Source: Ignavibacteria bacterium | Lineage (GTDB): Bacteria; Bacteroidota; Ignavibacteria; Kapaibacteriales; UBA4661 | Direction: 5' to 3' | Assembly: GCA_013298775.1 (NCBI GenBank) | Contig: JAAFIV010000014.1 | Coordinates: 30,197 to 94,196, forward strand | Length of the DNA stretch: 64,000 nt | Part shown: positions 45,950 to 56,912 of the stretch, piece by piece | Numbering within the stretch: the first letter of the stretch is position 1 | Layout of the letters: each line of letters opens with the position of its first letter | Program-made: the position numbers and the translations under genes | The notes under the pieces: generated by a model | Seen by the model: the letters and a program-made list of their open reading frames with translations, nothing else | What the model was told of the DNA's origin: nothing | Databases searched by the model: none

Positions 45950-47086
45950 ATGCGTTTTTTCTTCAATTTTACTCAACGCTCTCTTTTGCAGGCGTGTTCC
46001 CGTGCGGCTTTGGGGCTATTACTTTTATGGAATACAAGCATTGCTCAATATAGTTCTTTACAGCAAAATGCTACGCAGACCGCATCAGCACAAACCGTAT
46101 CAACACAAGGTTTGCGGATAAAAGCGGTGGGAGATGTGTTGCTAGGCTCGTACACGCCCGGTCGGTTTATTCCGCCAGATTCGGGAAATGTCTTCGTAAC
46201 AAGCATTGGTGCGCAGTTGAAGGGTGCCGATATTTGTTTTGGTAATTTTGAAGCTGCCTTCGCAATTGAAGGAAAAATGCGGGCGCAAAAATGCTCCGAA
46301 GCCTCGCGGCGCAAGGGAATGTGCTATGAATTCGGTACGCCGCCCTTTCTCGCGCCAAGCCTCAAGAAGCTAGGGTTTACCGTGATGAGTGTAGATAACA
46401 ACCACGCCGACGACTACGGCGCAGAAGCGGCGGAATTCACCAAACAAACCCTCCAGGAGCAAGGAATTGTGCCATCTCCGAAGCGCGGTCATGCAGAACT
46501 CGCGGTTCAGGGAAAGCGTGTGGCGATTGCCGCATTTGGATTCTCTGAAACATCGCATAAAATCTCGGATGTGGAGAATGCGGCTCAAGTGGTACGCGAC
46601 CTCAAACAACGCTACGAGCGAGTTCTCGTCTCCTTTCACGGCGGCGCAGAAGGCAAAACAGCGACGCACACCACCGATAAAACCGAGATATTTGCTGGAG
46701 AAAATCGCGGAAACGTTGTGAAATTTGCCCATGCTGTGATTGATGCTGGTGCGGATATGGTTATTGGGCATGGTCCGCACGTCCTTCGGGCGGTGGAATT
46801 GTACAAGAACCGCTTCATTGCCTATTCGCTAGGAAATTTTCTCACCTACGGCAATATCAACGTGAAAGGTATAAGCGGTGTAGCGTGCGTGCTGGAAGCA
46901 AGTATTGACAAGGCTTCTGGGGAATTTTTGGGCGGGCGCATTATTCCCGTCGTCCAGCGCGACCCAGGCATTCCAGAGCTAGACCCCGCGCAGCAAGCAA
47001 TTACGCTCATCCGCGACCTTACCACGAGCGATTTCCCCGCAACACCGCTTGTTATCGAGCCAGATGGCACGATTCGTAGAAAATAA
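45950..47086 (+). CDS. CapA-family (PGA_cap) metallophosphatase-like protein
   Basis: LRIKAVGDVLLG..., MSVDNNHADDYG, VSFHGGAEG, VIGHGPHVLRAVE are CapA/YwtB-type motifs; signal-peptide-like N-terminus; ATG at 45950. Confidence 0.75.
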   Translation: MRFFFNFTQRSLLQACSRAALGLLLLWNTSIAQYSSLQQNATQTASAQTVSTQGLRIKAVGDVLLGSYTPGRFIPPDSGNVFVTSIGAQLKGADICFGNFEAAFAIEGKMRAQKCSEASRRKGMCYEFGTPPFLAPSLKKLGFTVMSVDNNHADDYGAEAAEFTKQTLQEQGIVPSPKRGHAELAVQGKRVAIAAFGFSETSHKISDVENAAQVVRDLKQRYERVLVSFHGGAEGKTATHTTDKTEIFAGENRGNVVKFAHAVIDAGADMVIGHGPHVLRAVELYKNRFIAYSLGNFLTYGNINVKGISGVACVLEASIDKASGEFLGGRIIPVVQRDPGIPELDPAQQAITLIRDLTTSDFPATPLVIEPDGTIRRK

Positions 47087-47127
47087 ATAGAAATCCCACC
47101 TTTTCTTATCACTTAAACCGAGCTTTT

Positions 47128-49335
47128 ATGCGCTCTCGCACCTTATTTTTGCCTCCAGCATCGGTATTTTTTGCCAGCGCAGTGTTTGCTCTGGCTATGC
47201 AGATGTTTTTTGCCTCCTCGTTTGTACACGCACAAGGAAACACGCCGCCTGCACGAACATCACCACCCGCAAAACAAGCCATTTCCCATGAGGCAATGTG
47301 GCTACTGAGGCGTGTTGGTGCGCCGTCGCTCAGTCCCGATGGGCGGCTTGTGGTCGTGTCCGTAACCGAACCCAGCTACGACGAGAAAGAGCAAACAAGC
47401 GACCTCTGGATTTTTCCAAGCGATGGCAGCAAGAAACCACGCCGTCTGACGGCAACCAAAGGTGGTGAAAGCAGCATAGAATGGAGTCCCGACGGAACAA
47501 AAATTGCCTTTGCTGCAAAACGCGAGGGCGACGAAACAAGCCAAATCTACGTGCTGAATATCACCGAAAGTGGCGAAGCGCAGCGCGTTACCAATCTCTC
47601 CACAGGAGCATTCGCGCCACATTGGAGACCAGACGGGAAAGCATTACTTTTCCAAAGTGTGGTGTATCCAAATGCGCTGGATGATTCCACCAATAAAAAA
47701 ATTGCCACCGAGCGCAAAGCTCGTAAATACAAGGCTCGTGTGTATGAATCCTTCCCGATTCGCTATTGGGACCGTTGGTTGGACGATATGCAACCGCATA
47801 TTTTTGTGCAATCGCTGGAAGCAAATGCAAAAGCGCGTGATATTCTTGCTGGTACAGAACTCGTGAAACAAAGCGGCTTTGCGGGCGTTTCGGGCAATGG
47901 TGGTGCGGATATGCAAGCAACGTGGACGCACGACGGTCGCGCTATCGTTTTCACCGCCACCACAGAGCGCACCAAAGCTGCGTTTGCGGAGGTAAGCTAT
48001 CATTTGTGGCAAATAAATATCGGTGAAATTGGTGTGAACCCAGAATCGCCAAAGGCAGAACCTAAGCGGCTTACAAGCGGCAATGCGAGTTTTGGCGGTG
48101 CAAAGTTTTCCGCGCAAGGCAAGCTCTATTGCCTCATGAATCCTGCTAACGACAAGGTGTACAATCACACACGGTTGGTGGAAATTACCCCAGCAAATGG
48201 CGCAGTGAAAGCACTTACAGCGCAGTTCGACCGCTCGGTAGATAACTTTGAAATTAGCCCGAATGGTGCCATGATTGTTCTCAGCGCAGAAGACACAGGA
48301 TTGGTGCGGCTTTTCAGCCTTCCTCTCCAAAATAATGATACGAAAACCCCTGAAGTGAAGCCGCTTTTCGAGCAAACGCTCGGCTGCTACAATGGCTTCT
48401 CGCTTGGAAATTCGCTGCTTGTAGCGCAATTTGAAAGCGCGACCATGCCGAATGAAATTGTGAAAATTGAGTTGGGAAATGAAAAATCAAACGCCAGCAA
48501 CGCAAGGAAACATCAGGCATTGACGGATTTTAACGACGCTGCACTCGCCAAGCTCGACCTCGCGCCGCTTCGCCACTTCACCTTCACCAGCAAAGGCGGG
48601 AAGCCGATTCACAGCATGATTGCGCTACCGCCCGCTTTCGACGAAAGCAAGAAATATCCATTGTTGGTGATTATGCACGGCGGTCCGCACACGATGTTCC
48701 GCGATGCTTTTGGTTTGCGCTGGAATTATCATCTGCTTGCGCAGCCTGGTTATATCGTGCTTCTCACGAATTACACCGGTTCGACGGGCTTTAGCGAGAA
48801 ATTTGCGCAGGAAATTCAAGGCGACCCTTTTATCACTCCGGCGAATGAAATCAACGAAGCGGCGGACGAAGCAATAAAGCGGTTTTCGTATATTGATGCC
48901 AGCCGCCAAGCCTGTGGTGGTGCGAGTTACGGCGGACACTTGGCAAATTGGATGCAAGCCACGACCACGCGCTACAAGTGCCTCGTTGCGCATGCTGGCT
49001 TAATCAATTTGGAATCGCAGTGGGGAACAAGCGATGGAATCTACCACCGTGAGGTGAATAATGGCGGACCAGTCTGGGAGCAAGGTAAAGTCTGGCGTGA
49101 GCAGAATCCGATTCGTTTGGCAAAAAATTTCAAAACACCGATTATGCTTACCGTTGGCGAGAACGATTTTCGTGTGCCATTGAACCAAACTCTTGAGAAT
49201 TGGAGCGTTCTTCAGCGTTTGCAAATCCCCAGCAAACTCATTGTTTTCCCCGATGCAAACCATTGGATTTTGAAAGCAGAAGACCACCGTTTTTGGTTTC
49301 AGGAAATACAGGCGTGGTTGAAGAAGTATTTGTAA
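47128..49335 (+). CDS. S9-family serine peptidase (beta-propeller plus prolyl-oligopeptidase-type alpha/beta hydrolase)
   Basis: Signal peptide; TolB-like propeller repeats (SPDGRLVVVSV; SPDGTKIAFAA; RPDGKALLFQS); catalytic GGASYGGHL (GxSxGG) and downstream Asp/His region. Confidence 0.85.
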   Translation: MRSRTLFLPPASVFFASAVFALAMQMFFASSFVHAQGNTPPARTSPPAKQAISHEAMWLLRRVGAPSLSPDGRLVVVSVTEPSYDEKEQTSDLWIFPSDGSKKPRRLTATKGGESSIEWSPDGTKIAFAAKREGDETSQIYVLNITESGEAQRVTNLSTGAFAPHWRPDGKALLFQSVVYPNALDDSTNKKIATERKARKYKARVYESFPIRYWDRWLDDMQPHIFVQSLEANAKARDILAGTELVKQSGFAGVSGNGGADMQATWTHDGRAIVFTATTERTKAAFAEVSYHLWQINIGEIGVNPESPKAEPKRLTSGNASFGGAKFSAQGKLYCLMNPANDKVYNHTRLVEITPANGAVKALTAQFDRSVDNFEISPNGAMIVLSAEDTGLVRLFSLPLQNNDTKTPEVKPLFEQTLGCYNGFSLGNSLLVAQFESATMPNEIVKIELGNEKSNASNARKHQALTDFNDAALAKLDLAPLRHFTFTSKGGKPIHSMIALPPAFDESKKYPLLVIMHGGPHTMFRDAFGLRWNYHLLAQPGYIVLLTNYTGSTGFSEKFAQEIQGDPFITPANEINEAADEAIKRFSYIDASRQACGGASYGGHLANWMQATTTRYKCLVAHAGLINLESQWGTSDGIYHREVNNGGPVWEQGKVWREQNPIRLAKNFKTPIMLTVGENDFRVPLNQTLENWSVLQRLQIPSKLIVFPDANHWILKAEDHRFWFQEIQAWLKKYL

Positions 49336-49360
49336 TTCACCTTATGCAAACTCTCACGCC

Positions 49361-49468
49361 GCCCTCACCCCTCGCTGCGCGAGACCCTCTCCCAGAGGGC
49401 GAGGGTTGGTGGAGACTAGCTCTGAAGCCCTCTCCCTCTGGGCGAGGGTTGGGTGAGGGTCTTTTGCG
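49361..49468. repeat. Family A-related palindromic element (subfamily lacking the cagggctgttaagttct termini)
   Basis: ccctcacccctcgc...ccctctcccagagggcgagggttgg...ctctgaagccctctccctctgggcgagggttgggtgagggtc. Confidence 0.6.
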
Positions 49469-49487
49469 TAAAGTGAGTTTGTAATGT

Positions 49488-51359
49488 TTATTCGCGGTCT
49501 TCATTTTGGCGTGGCGACCCAAAAATGCTTCCAAAGCGAGTAAAAAACGACGAGCGCGGCGGCTCCGATACTGATGTTTCAGCTTCAGATTTCGTCCGCT
49601 CGCTCGTGCTTTTTTCGTGTGCTGATGCGCTTTGTGAGGTAGGCTGCGACGCTGATGATTCCGTTGTTAATGATTCTGTCGTCAATGATTCCGTTGTTAA
49701 TGATTCTGTCGTTAATGATTCTGTTGTCAATGATTCCGTTGTGCGTGATTGTTGTGCGCCAGACGTGGCGGAATCTACGGCAAAATCGAAGCTCTTGAAC
49801 ATTTCTGCAAGGTCGGCGGCTTGCATAGCAAACGACGGATGGTCGAACTGCGCTTCCAATGGTATTCCTGATGCAGGTACTGATGACGCAAGCGGCTCGG
49901 TAATTTCAAACTCTGCATCAATCACGGAAGTTGTCGTGTTGGGTGCTTGATTGCTGGCTTGATTGCTGGCTTTGTGTGGAGTTTCAGGTGCTGTTGAAAT
50001 TGGTTGATGAAGCGAGTTCTCAGGTGATTTTTCAGGTAATTTTTCAGGTAATTCCTCATTGGTCAAGATTGTTGCAGGTGAGTTTTCATGCGCACTCTGG
50101 GCAATATCGCTTGTTTCGGTGTGGTCTTGTTCAATTGCTTTTTCTGTCACTTTGAATGAAGATTGTTCCGACGGTATTGTTGCTTGCTGCGTCGTTTCTG
50201 CTTGTGTTGATTCCGAAACAGGAGAAGGCGTACTCGCTAGATGTGCTTCCGCGCTTGCAACGGTGCGCTTTGTACGGATTGCTGTACCGATAGCCAGTTC
50301 GCCAATGGTATCGTCGGCTTTGAGTATCGGCTCTTCGTGCGCTGGAAATTGGGGTGCAAAATTGAGTGGAAGTGTTGTCGTGTCCTCTATTGGTGCGGGT
50401 TTGGGGAGTTCGTCGTTGGCAATGGCGAGTTCTAATTTCGCAACAATATCGTTCAGCACGTGGAGAAACTCGCGTTGCCCAACATAGCGCAGGGAACGAG
50501 TTTTCATCAGCTCTTCCAGCTCTTGTGCAATGCGGTAAATACCTTTGTCATCCAAGAAAATAATCAGCGCGGGTGTAGGAACTTTGCCGCGATATTGCTG
50601 TAATGCGCGGTCTCCAGCGTGAATTTCATCGAACATTTCAAACATTGGCGTAAGCAAATCCGTAAATTCTTCGGGCGAATACTCCAAAATCACGTCGTTA
50701 TCAACGGTTTGCAACACGCGGTCGAATTCCACCACCGACACTAAACTGGTATCAACCGTGAAAGGTCGCACAGAATCTGGCTTTGTGAGGTTGTCCTGCA
50801 AGCGAGTATCGGTGCGGTCTGTGGGGGATTGTGTGGCTGTACCTGTGAAAGCTCCATTGCCGCCATTTGCTTCCGCACCTGATTTTTCCTGCTGTTTCGT
50901 GCTAATCCAGTTCCGCACACCATCCAACATGTAATCGTATTCCAAAAAATAATCCATGCGAAGCATTACTTCGCGCAAGGTTTTCGTGGGTTCGCCGCGA
51001 TAGACAAACCATTTCAGCGTTGTGCGCGGACGCAAGATGTAGTTGAAGCGAGTTTTTACGGCAAGGTCAATAGCAGCGTTCAGGTCTTGGTGGTCGTAGC
51101 GGGCGGATTCCATCAGCACGTGGTCAAGTTCGCTGAAAAGCCCTGAGAGTGCGGGGTTGGTGGTGTCGAAGCGAGGATTAGCGGCGCGTTGCATTTGTTG
51201 GTCAAAAATCCACCATTGCGATTCCGCACCAAAGAAATTTCGGTAAAAGACGGCAATATCCGCCCTGCGACGAATGTCGTCCCAATAGACGTACTGCGAA
51301 GCACCAGCCATGCGCTGTGTGAGCAATTCTTTTGCGCGTTGTATTTCTCGTTCAAACAT
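49488..51359 (-). CDS. Hypothetical protein (623 aa) with conserved-looking N-terminal about 330 aa and acidic low-complexity C-region including (TESLT)x5
   Basis: 15-nt tandem repeats at about 49640-49740 encode TESLTTESLTTESLTTESLTTESLT; no domain recognised by eye. Confidence 0.5.
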   Translation of the reverse strand: MFEREIQRAKELLTQRMAGASQYVYWDDIRRRADIAVFYRNFFGAESQWWIFDQQMQRAANPRFDTTNPALSGLFSELDHVLMESARYDHQDLNAAIDLAVKTRFNYILRPRTTLKWFVYRGEPTKTLREVMLRMDYFLEYDYMLDGVRNWISTKQQEKSGAEANGGNGAFTGTATQSPTDRTDTRLQDNLTKPDSVRPFTVDTSLVSVVEFDRVLQTVDNDVILEYSPEEFTDLLTPMFEMFDEIHAGDRALQQYRGKVPTPALIIFLDDKGIYRIAQELEELMKTRSLRYVGQREFLHVLNDIVAKLELAIANDELPKPAPIEDTTTLPLNFAPQFPAHEEPILKADDTIGELAIGTAIRTKRTVASAEAHLASTPSPVSESTQAETTQQATIPSEQSSFKVTEKAIEQDHTETSDIAQSAHENSPATILTNEELPEKLPEKSPENSLHQPISTAPETPHKASNQASNQAPNTTTSVIDAEFEITEPLASSVPASGIPLEAQFDHPSFAMQAADLAEMFKSFDFAVDSATSGAQQSRTTESLTTESLTTESLTTESLTTESLTTESSASQPTSQSASAHEKSTSERTKSEAETSVSEPPRSSFFTRFGSIFGSPRQNEDRE

Positions 51360-51389
51360 AAAATTGGAAGCAATGTTTCAAAAGCCTTG

Positions 51390-54300
51390 TCAATGCGCGG
51401 CTCCCGCCTGAGTTTCCGCTTGAGTTTCCGTCTGAGTTTCAGCCGTAGCGTCTGCTGAACCGTTTTTCTGCGGAAGCGTTATCGTAAAGGTTGTGCCTTG
51501 TCCGGGCGTACTTTCTACGGTAATTTCGCCATGATGTCGCTCAATAATTTGCCGCGTAATGCTCAGTCCCAAGCCGCTATTTCCCACGCTTTTGGTCGTG
51601 AAGAATGGCTCGAAAATATGCTTTTGCGTCTCCGCATCCATACCTTTTCCGTTGTCGTGTACCGAAAAGATAAGTTTTGGTGCGCCCTCTGAGCCGTCCG
51701 ACAGTTCTGCGGCAATACGAATGCGCGTGGCACCAGCTTGTGCGGCATTTACAAGCAGATTCAGCATGGCTTGGTTGATTTCATCCCACTGCGCTTTTAC
51801 GTGGATGTGGCTTGGCAGCTGCTCTTCCACCACAATATCCTTGAATTGATACCGAAACATTGTTGCAGTGGAGCGCACTTCCGCCGCCACATCGTTGCGG
51901 GTTTTTCCTACGTGCTGATGCTTAGTAAAACCTTGCAAGGACGTTACGATATTGCCAATACGCTCCGAGCCAGTCAGAGCAATGTGTAAAATATCTGCCA
52001 GTTTCTGCGCACGCTCTGTGAAGCCCGCCGCTTCTTTGCTGGCGCGACCCTCGGCATCCAAAAGCGAGAAAAAATACTGCTCTAAGCTGCGTAGTTGTTG
52101 CTGTCCAAGCTCGACTGCCGAATGAATAGAAGCATTCGGATTATTGATTTCGTGCATCACGCCTGCGGTTAGCATCCCTGCTGCATTGATGCGCTCGCTC
52201 TGCACAAGCTGTGTTTGCGTGTCTTTCAGCTCGTTGAGCGTAGAATCAAGCTGCAAATTCGTTTCTTGCAAGCGTGTGTTGCTGATTTCAATTTCTTGCG
52301 CTTGCTCATCCAAAATTTCGAGCTGGCGATGAACTTCAATATTCGCTTCTTTGAGTTGATGAGTGCGCTCATCTACAAGGCGCGTCAGTTCTTGGTTGCG
52401 AAGCTCAATCGTGCGAATACGGCGTTTGTACAGCAAAAATGCCGCAAGAAGCGTGAGAATGCTACTGCCGGCAAGAAACCACCATGCCCGCCACCAAGGA
52501 GGGCGCACAATTACTCGCAGTGCGGTGGCGCGGTTTTGCCAAACGCCATTGTGGTCGGCGGCTTTCACAAAGAAGGTGTATTCTCCATCGGGCAGACTGG
52601 TGTATTTTGCTTCGCGTTCCGTTCCCGCGAGAATATATGCGGTGTCCAGCCCTTCCAGCTTATAGGCAAATTGCGCATGCTCTGGATAGAGCATACTCGG
52701 CGCGGCATAGCCAAAAGCAATAATTTTATCTGCATAGCCAAGCTCAATGCGCTCTGCATCGGCAATATACTCTTCCAGTGGCGTAATTTCGCCAAATTTT
52801 TTCACATACGTCATCACCGCTTTGTTGGAAGTATTCTCTTTACCAATATCCGTACCAACATTCGCACCAACATCGGAACGTATGGAATTGACAGCACCAC
52901 GAATAATACTATCGGGATGAAAATACACAATCGCAGAACGCCCGCCAAACCATAATTTTCCGTCGCGGGAGCGCGTGGCTGCGCCATTGGAAAATTCATC
53001 ATCGGCAAGACCGCTTGCACGTGTAAACGTGAGTATTGATGAGCCTTCCACGCCTTTCATGTTCTCTTCGCTTATCCTGCATACACCGCGCCGCGTGCTG
53101 ACCCAGATATTGCCGCTCCCGTCTTCCACAATGCCTGCAATGGCGTTATTGGGTAATCCAGTGCGTGTGCTGAAATGCCTCACCAATGCTTGTGTTGCGG
53201 GGTCGAAGCAGGAAACACCGCCCTCAGAGCCAATCCACACACGTCCTTTGCTATCGCACAAAAGCGCGTGAACAGCACCAACAATGCCAGAAGCCGCAGT
53301 ATTGCTCAGGTTTTCTTGCTCTTCTGTTTCTTCTTCGTGATTGTTTGTCGGGAACGCATAAGCGCGGAAATGGCGGAACATCTTGCGTTTGGGGTCGAAG
53401 GTATCTACGCCACCTTCATGCCCAATCCAGAGCATTTTTGCACGGTCTTGGATAATGGTATGAATCGTATTATTCCCCAAACTCTCAGTATTACTGGGTT
53501 TGTTGGTGAATTGCTTCACAACATTTCCCGCCGCATCCAGCAAGAATAAGCCAACGGAGTGTGTGCCAATCCAAAAATTTCCATCCGCATCCTCCAGCAT
53601 CGCACTGACAGGCAGAGCTTGATTATTGAACAGCAATGTATGTTCAAAGCGAGTATTCGCGCCACTTTCGTCGCTAATACGACGTTCCAGTGCGAAACCG
53701 CCTACCCACCACGCGCCGCGCCGTGTGCCGACATTGGTGCTGCAAAAGGCGTAGATATTGGTCTCGCCGTCGAAGCCGAGCAGGGAGCTAGGATTACGAG
53801 CATCGGTGCGAAGGTGGGAAATAGCTTGCGTGCGAGGGTTGAAGAGGCTTACGCCCGTGCCATTCATGTAGCCAATCCACATCGCGCCATCGGGAGCTTC
53901 GGCAATGGCAGAAACGCTGTGTGCAAGAAGCAATGGCTTGGTGAGAGCCGCAAAGGGCGGCGGCGGCGGCAAGAGTGCGCTTACGCCGCTACTTGTACGT
54001 GCAAACCAGATTTTACCAGCTTTACTCACGCACGCGCCCGCAACGCCAGCATGTAAGCGCGTTGGCGCGGCGGCATCTGCAAGGAGGAGTTCGCTGTGCA
54101 TTTGTGCGGTGTTTAGGCGAATTGCGCCATTGCCCACGCCCCAGTAGATATGCCCGTTGTTTGCATCTAGCGCAGTTCTATGGCTCTGCGCCTTGCCTTC
54201 AAGCGGTAATACGGGCAATGGTTCGCTCATGGTGCCGCGTTGAACATCCACCCAAACAATAGTATTCACCGTGCCTTCACGCCGCATTGCGCCCGCAAAT

Positions 54301-55265
54301 ACATTGCCCGTGCTGTCTTTTTCCAGCATAATAATTCCACTCTCCCGCAACAGCGTCGTGCTGTTCGCGCCCGTAAATGGCTGAATCGCAAGATTTCCTG
54401 CGGCTTGTGGCTGTGCGCAGTGAAATAATCCTTTGCCCGTCCCGATAAGGAGTTCGCCATTACTCATTTCTTGAAGCGAGTGAATATGCGCTGTTGGGGT
54501 GTTTGCAATGGAAGCGTTTGCGGTGGAAGCATTTGCTGTGGAAGCATTTGCGGTGGAAGCGTTTGCTGCGGGAGTGTTGCTCGTGGCATCGCTCAGGAAT
54601 GGCGTACAGACACCTGTTTCAGGCGAATAACGATGCAGACCATTTGCAGTGCCAAGCCAAAGCGTGCCGTGCGAATCGTGCAGGAATGCGTACAAATATG
54701 CCGAGCGCAAGCCCTTTTCACCTGCTTTGAGAATGATTTCTTTCCTCACTTCTTTGCTTGCTGTTATCCTTATCTCTTGGTTTGATTCTTCAAGGATGCC
54801 GATTTCATCTGTGCGCATAGCTGCCGTGTGAATCCAGCACCAGAGCTTGCCGGAACGGTCTTCGTGTATATCGGCGATGGGCTTATTGGCAAAAAAGCGT
54901 TGGAAGGTGTTCGTGTTGCGATTGAGGCGTGCAAGTCCTGAAGCCGTTCCCAGCCATAATCTTCCTTGCTTGTCCTCGTGCAGATGCAGAACGTTGCTGC
55001 TTGGCAAGGATCGCACATTACCGCTTTCATGTAGAAACTGGGTCATGGAAACGCCATCCCAACGAAATGCACCTTGCTCGGTTGCAAACCACAGAAAGCC
55101 ATATTTGTCTTGCAAAACCGCCTGAACATGGCGTGAATGCAAGCCTTGCTGGGTAGTGAGTGCCTCAATTTGGAGGGTTTGCTGTGCAAAACTCGGCGCA
55201 CAACAGATAAACAGATTGCACAGGCAAAAAAAACAGCCAAAAAAATATTGTAGCGAATGTTTCAT
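51390..55265 (-). CDS. Two-component-regulator propeller (Reg_prop/Y_Y_Y) sensor histidine kinase without receiver domain
   Basis: Signal peptide; repeated propeller motifs (GTLWLGTANGL; LWIGHEGGV; GRVWIGSEGGV; GNIWVSTRRGV); TM WWRAWWFLAGSSILTLLAAFLLY; H-box VMHEINNP; N LVNAAQAG, G1 VHDNGKGM, G2 GNSGLGL. Internal 15-nt tandem repeats (ANAST)x4. ATG at 55265. Confidence 0.85.
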   Translation of the reverse strand: MKHSLQYFFGCFFCLCNLFICCAPSFAQQTLQIEALTTQQGLHSRHVQAVLQDKYGFLWFATEQGAFRWDGVSMTQFLHESGNVRSLPSSNVLHLHEDKQGRLWLGTASGLARLNRNTNTFQRFFANKPIADIHEDRSGKLWCWIHTAAMRTDEIGILEESNQEIRITASKEVRKEIILKAGEKGLRSAYLYAFLHDSHGTLWLGTANGLHRYSPETGVCTPFLSDATSNTPAANASTANASTANASTANASIANTPTAHIHSLQEMSNGELLIGTGKGLFHCAQPQAAGNLAIQPFTGANSTTLLRESGIIMLEKDSTGNVFAGAMRREGTVNTIVWVDVQRGTMSEPLPVLPLEGKAQSHRTALDANNGHIYWGVGNGAIRLNTAQMHSELLLADAAAPTRLHAGVAGACVSKAGKIWFARTSSGVSALLPPPPPFAALTKPLLLAHSVSAIAEAPDGAMWIGYMNGTGVSLFNPRTQAISHLRTDARNPSSLLGFDGETNIYAFCSTNVGTRRGAWWVGGFALERRISDESGANTRFEHTLLFNNQALPVSAMLEDADGNFWIGTHSVGLFLLDAAGNVVKQFTNKPSNTESLGNNTIHTIIQDRAKMLWIGHEGGVDTFDPKRKMFRHFRAYAFPTNNHEEETEEQENLSNTAASGIVGAVHALLCDSKGRVWIGSEGGVSCFDPATQALVRHFSTRTGLPNNAIAGIVEDGSGNIWVSTRRGVCRISEENMKGVEGSSILTFTRASGLADDEFSNGAATRSRDGKLWFGGRSAIVYFHPDSIIRGAVNSIRSDVGANVGTDIGKENTSNKAVMTYVKKFGEITPLEEYIADAERIELGYADKIIAFGYAAPSMLYPEHAQFAYKLEGLDTAYILAGTEREAKYTSLPDGEYTFFVKAADHNGVWQNRATALRVIVRPPWWRAWWFLAGSSILTLLAAFLLYKRRIRTIELRNQELTRLVDERTHQLKEANIEVHRQLEILDEQAQEIEISNTRLQETNLQLDSTLNELKDTQTQLVQSERINAAGMLTAGVMHEINNPNASIHSAVELGQQQLRSLEQYFFSLLDAEGRASKEAAGFTERAQKLADILHIALTGSERIGNIVTSLQGFTKHQHVGKTRNDVAAEVRSTATMFRYQFKDIVVEEQLPSHIHVKAQWDEINQAMLNLLVNAAQAGATRIRIAAELSDGSEGAPKLIFSVHDNGKGMDAETQKHIFEPFFTTKSVGNSGLGLSITRQIIERHHGEITVESTPGQGTTFTITLPQKNGSADATAETQTETQAETQAGAAH

Positions 55266-55333
55266 TGTAAGCAAATATCTTCAAATTATGACACAAAAAC
55301 TCGTTGCATGAACCATTCACGACCAAGGAATCA

Positions 55334-56602
55334 TCACGGTCGCACAAGATTTCTATTTACATCAAATTCTTGTTTTGGAATTGGCAAAAAATACCACGCC
55401 GTTGCAGCATTCGCGCCCGTAAATTGCGTCCAGCGATTCAAGCGGCGTTGGTCGAGGAGGCGCATTCCGGTTGCGAAAAATTCTTTTTCCCGCTCGATGT
55501 ACACAGAGTCAAGATTTGTCGTCATGCGGGCTGCAAGCGGCGCAACGCCTTGTGGTGGGCGCACAGCAGCACGCACACGATTCACTTCCACGAGCGCGGC
55601 TTGGGTGTTGTTTTCCAGACGCAAGCGCAGTTCCGCAAGCATGAGGGCGTTTTCTTGCCATGTTACGACATTTATTGGTGAATTATCCGTGTATTTTGCT
55701 TGCAAGAAATACGGTTCGGTGCGCCCTGGAGCGGGTCGTGTGCCTTGTTGGAGCGGGATGCGTCCAGCTTCGCCAGGTTCTGCTAGCACATAGGCGCGAA
55801 AGCGCGGATGCGTGATAACTGGTCCGCGTCCAATTGGTGCGGCTCGGTTGTAATCTACCCAAAAATTATACGCCTGCTCGGTGTAGGTCGTTTGAAAGGG
55901 ACGGTCGGTCGGTTGTAATCCATTCATTACTGCCGTCAATGCCTGACTATATCTGCCCTCTAGTAAATGTATGCGTGCAATGACAGTATTCACGATGCGA
56001 CCCTCATAAGCACTCGGAGCGTTTGCGGCAGCACGGGCGAGGGATGCAAGCGACGTGTCGTGAAGCCGAGTAGAGGGGATAAACACGCCACCATTCAGCA
56101 CACCACCGCCTGTGCGGGGCGCAATTCCCCAATACGACGCAAGATAGTGTTCGAGCAAACCCTGAAAAAAATATGCCGTAAATAATGCCCTGCGACGCGC
56201 ACTGTCATTGGTGAAGCGGATATTTTCTACCTTTTCCAGCACCACGCGCACATGTTTTCCGACGCTGCCATAGCTTGTCCATGTATCGCGGATGAGCGAT
56301 TCGGTAAAATCGGGATTGCCGTCGTCTATGTTGAACACCGTGCCGTTGGTGAGGTCGGCAGAAATGCCATTGGAATTGATGAATTCATCCGACAATATGG
56401 ATGCAAGTGGCGCAAGCTGGCGTTGCCCTTCGGCAAACGTACCCCCAACTGCCGTGTAAATAAGCGGCAATGAGGCTTCGGTGTTGAGATTGCGATTGTC
56501 TAATAAATCTACTGGCGAGGTGACATCCCGCACGTAGGCTTGGCACGAAGCCAAAACGCATGCGCAGGTGGCGATGAGAAAATATACTCGTGAGAGGCGC
56601 AT
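55334..56602 (-). CDS. SusD/RagB-like lipoprotein (short, 422 aa)
   Basis: Lipobox LASC after signal peptide; position immediately downstream of SusC-like receptor. Confidence 0.65.
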   Translation of the reverse strand: MRLSRVYFLIATCACVLASCQAYVRDVTSPVDLLDNRNLNTEASLPLIYTAVGGTFAEGQRQLAPLASILSDEFINSNGISADLTNGTVFNIDDGNPDFTESLIRDTWTSYGSVGKHVRVVLEKVENIRFTNDSARRRALFTAYFFQGLLEHYLASYWGIAPRTGGGVLNGGVFIPSTRLHDTSLASLARAAANAPSAYEGRIVNTVIARIHLLEGRYSQALTAVMNGLQPTDRPFQTTYTEQAYNFWVDYNRAAPIGRGPVITHPRFRAYVLAEPGEAGRIPLQQGTRPAPGRTEPYFLQAKYTDNSPINVVTWQENALMLAELRLRLENNTQAALVEVNRVRAAVRPPQGVAPLAARMTTNLDSVYIEREKEFFATGMRLLDQRRLNRWTQFTGANAATAWYFLPIPKQEFDVNRNLVRP

Positions 56603-56812
56603 AAAATCTTGATTGGTAAGTATATGATTCTGGAATGAAGGAGTGATTTTTTGGAACGCGGATGAAGCCCAGATTCTCAGGATATTGAGGACTTTTTTCC
56701 ATTCTTGCTATCCTCACCGTCCTGTTAATCCTCAAATCCGCGTTCTTTGCCTGTATCTTTCATCATCACTGCATGTAGCAAGAATTCTATATTCACCTTA
56801 CACAAACTCTCA

Positions 56813-56912
56813 CGCCGCCCTCACCCCTCGCTGCTCTCCCAGAGGGAGAGGGTTGGTGGAGACTAGCTCTGAAGCCCTCTCCCTCTGGGAGAGGGTTGGG
56901 TGAGGGTCTTTT
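56813..56912. repeat. Family A-related palindromic element between susC and susD
   Basis: Near-identical to the 49361-49468 copy (ccctcacccctcgctgctctcccagagggagagggttggtggagactagctctgaagccctctccctctgggagagggttgggtgagggtc). Confidence 0.6.
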
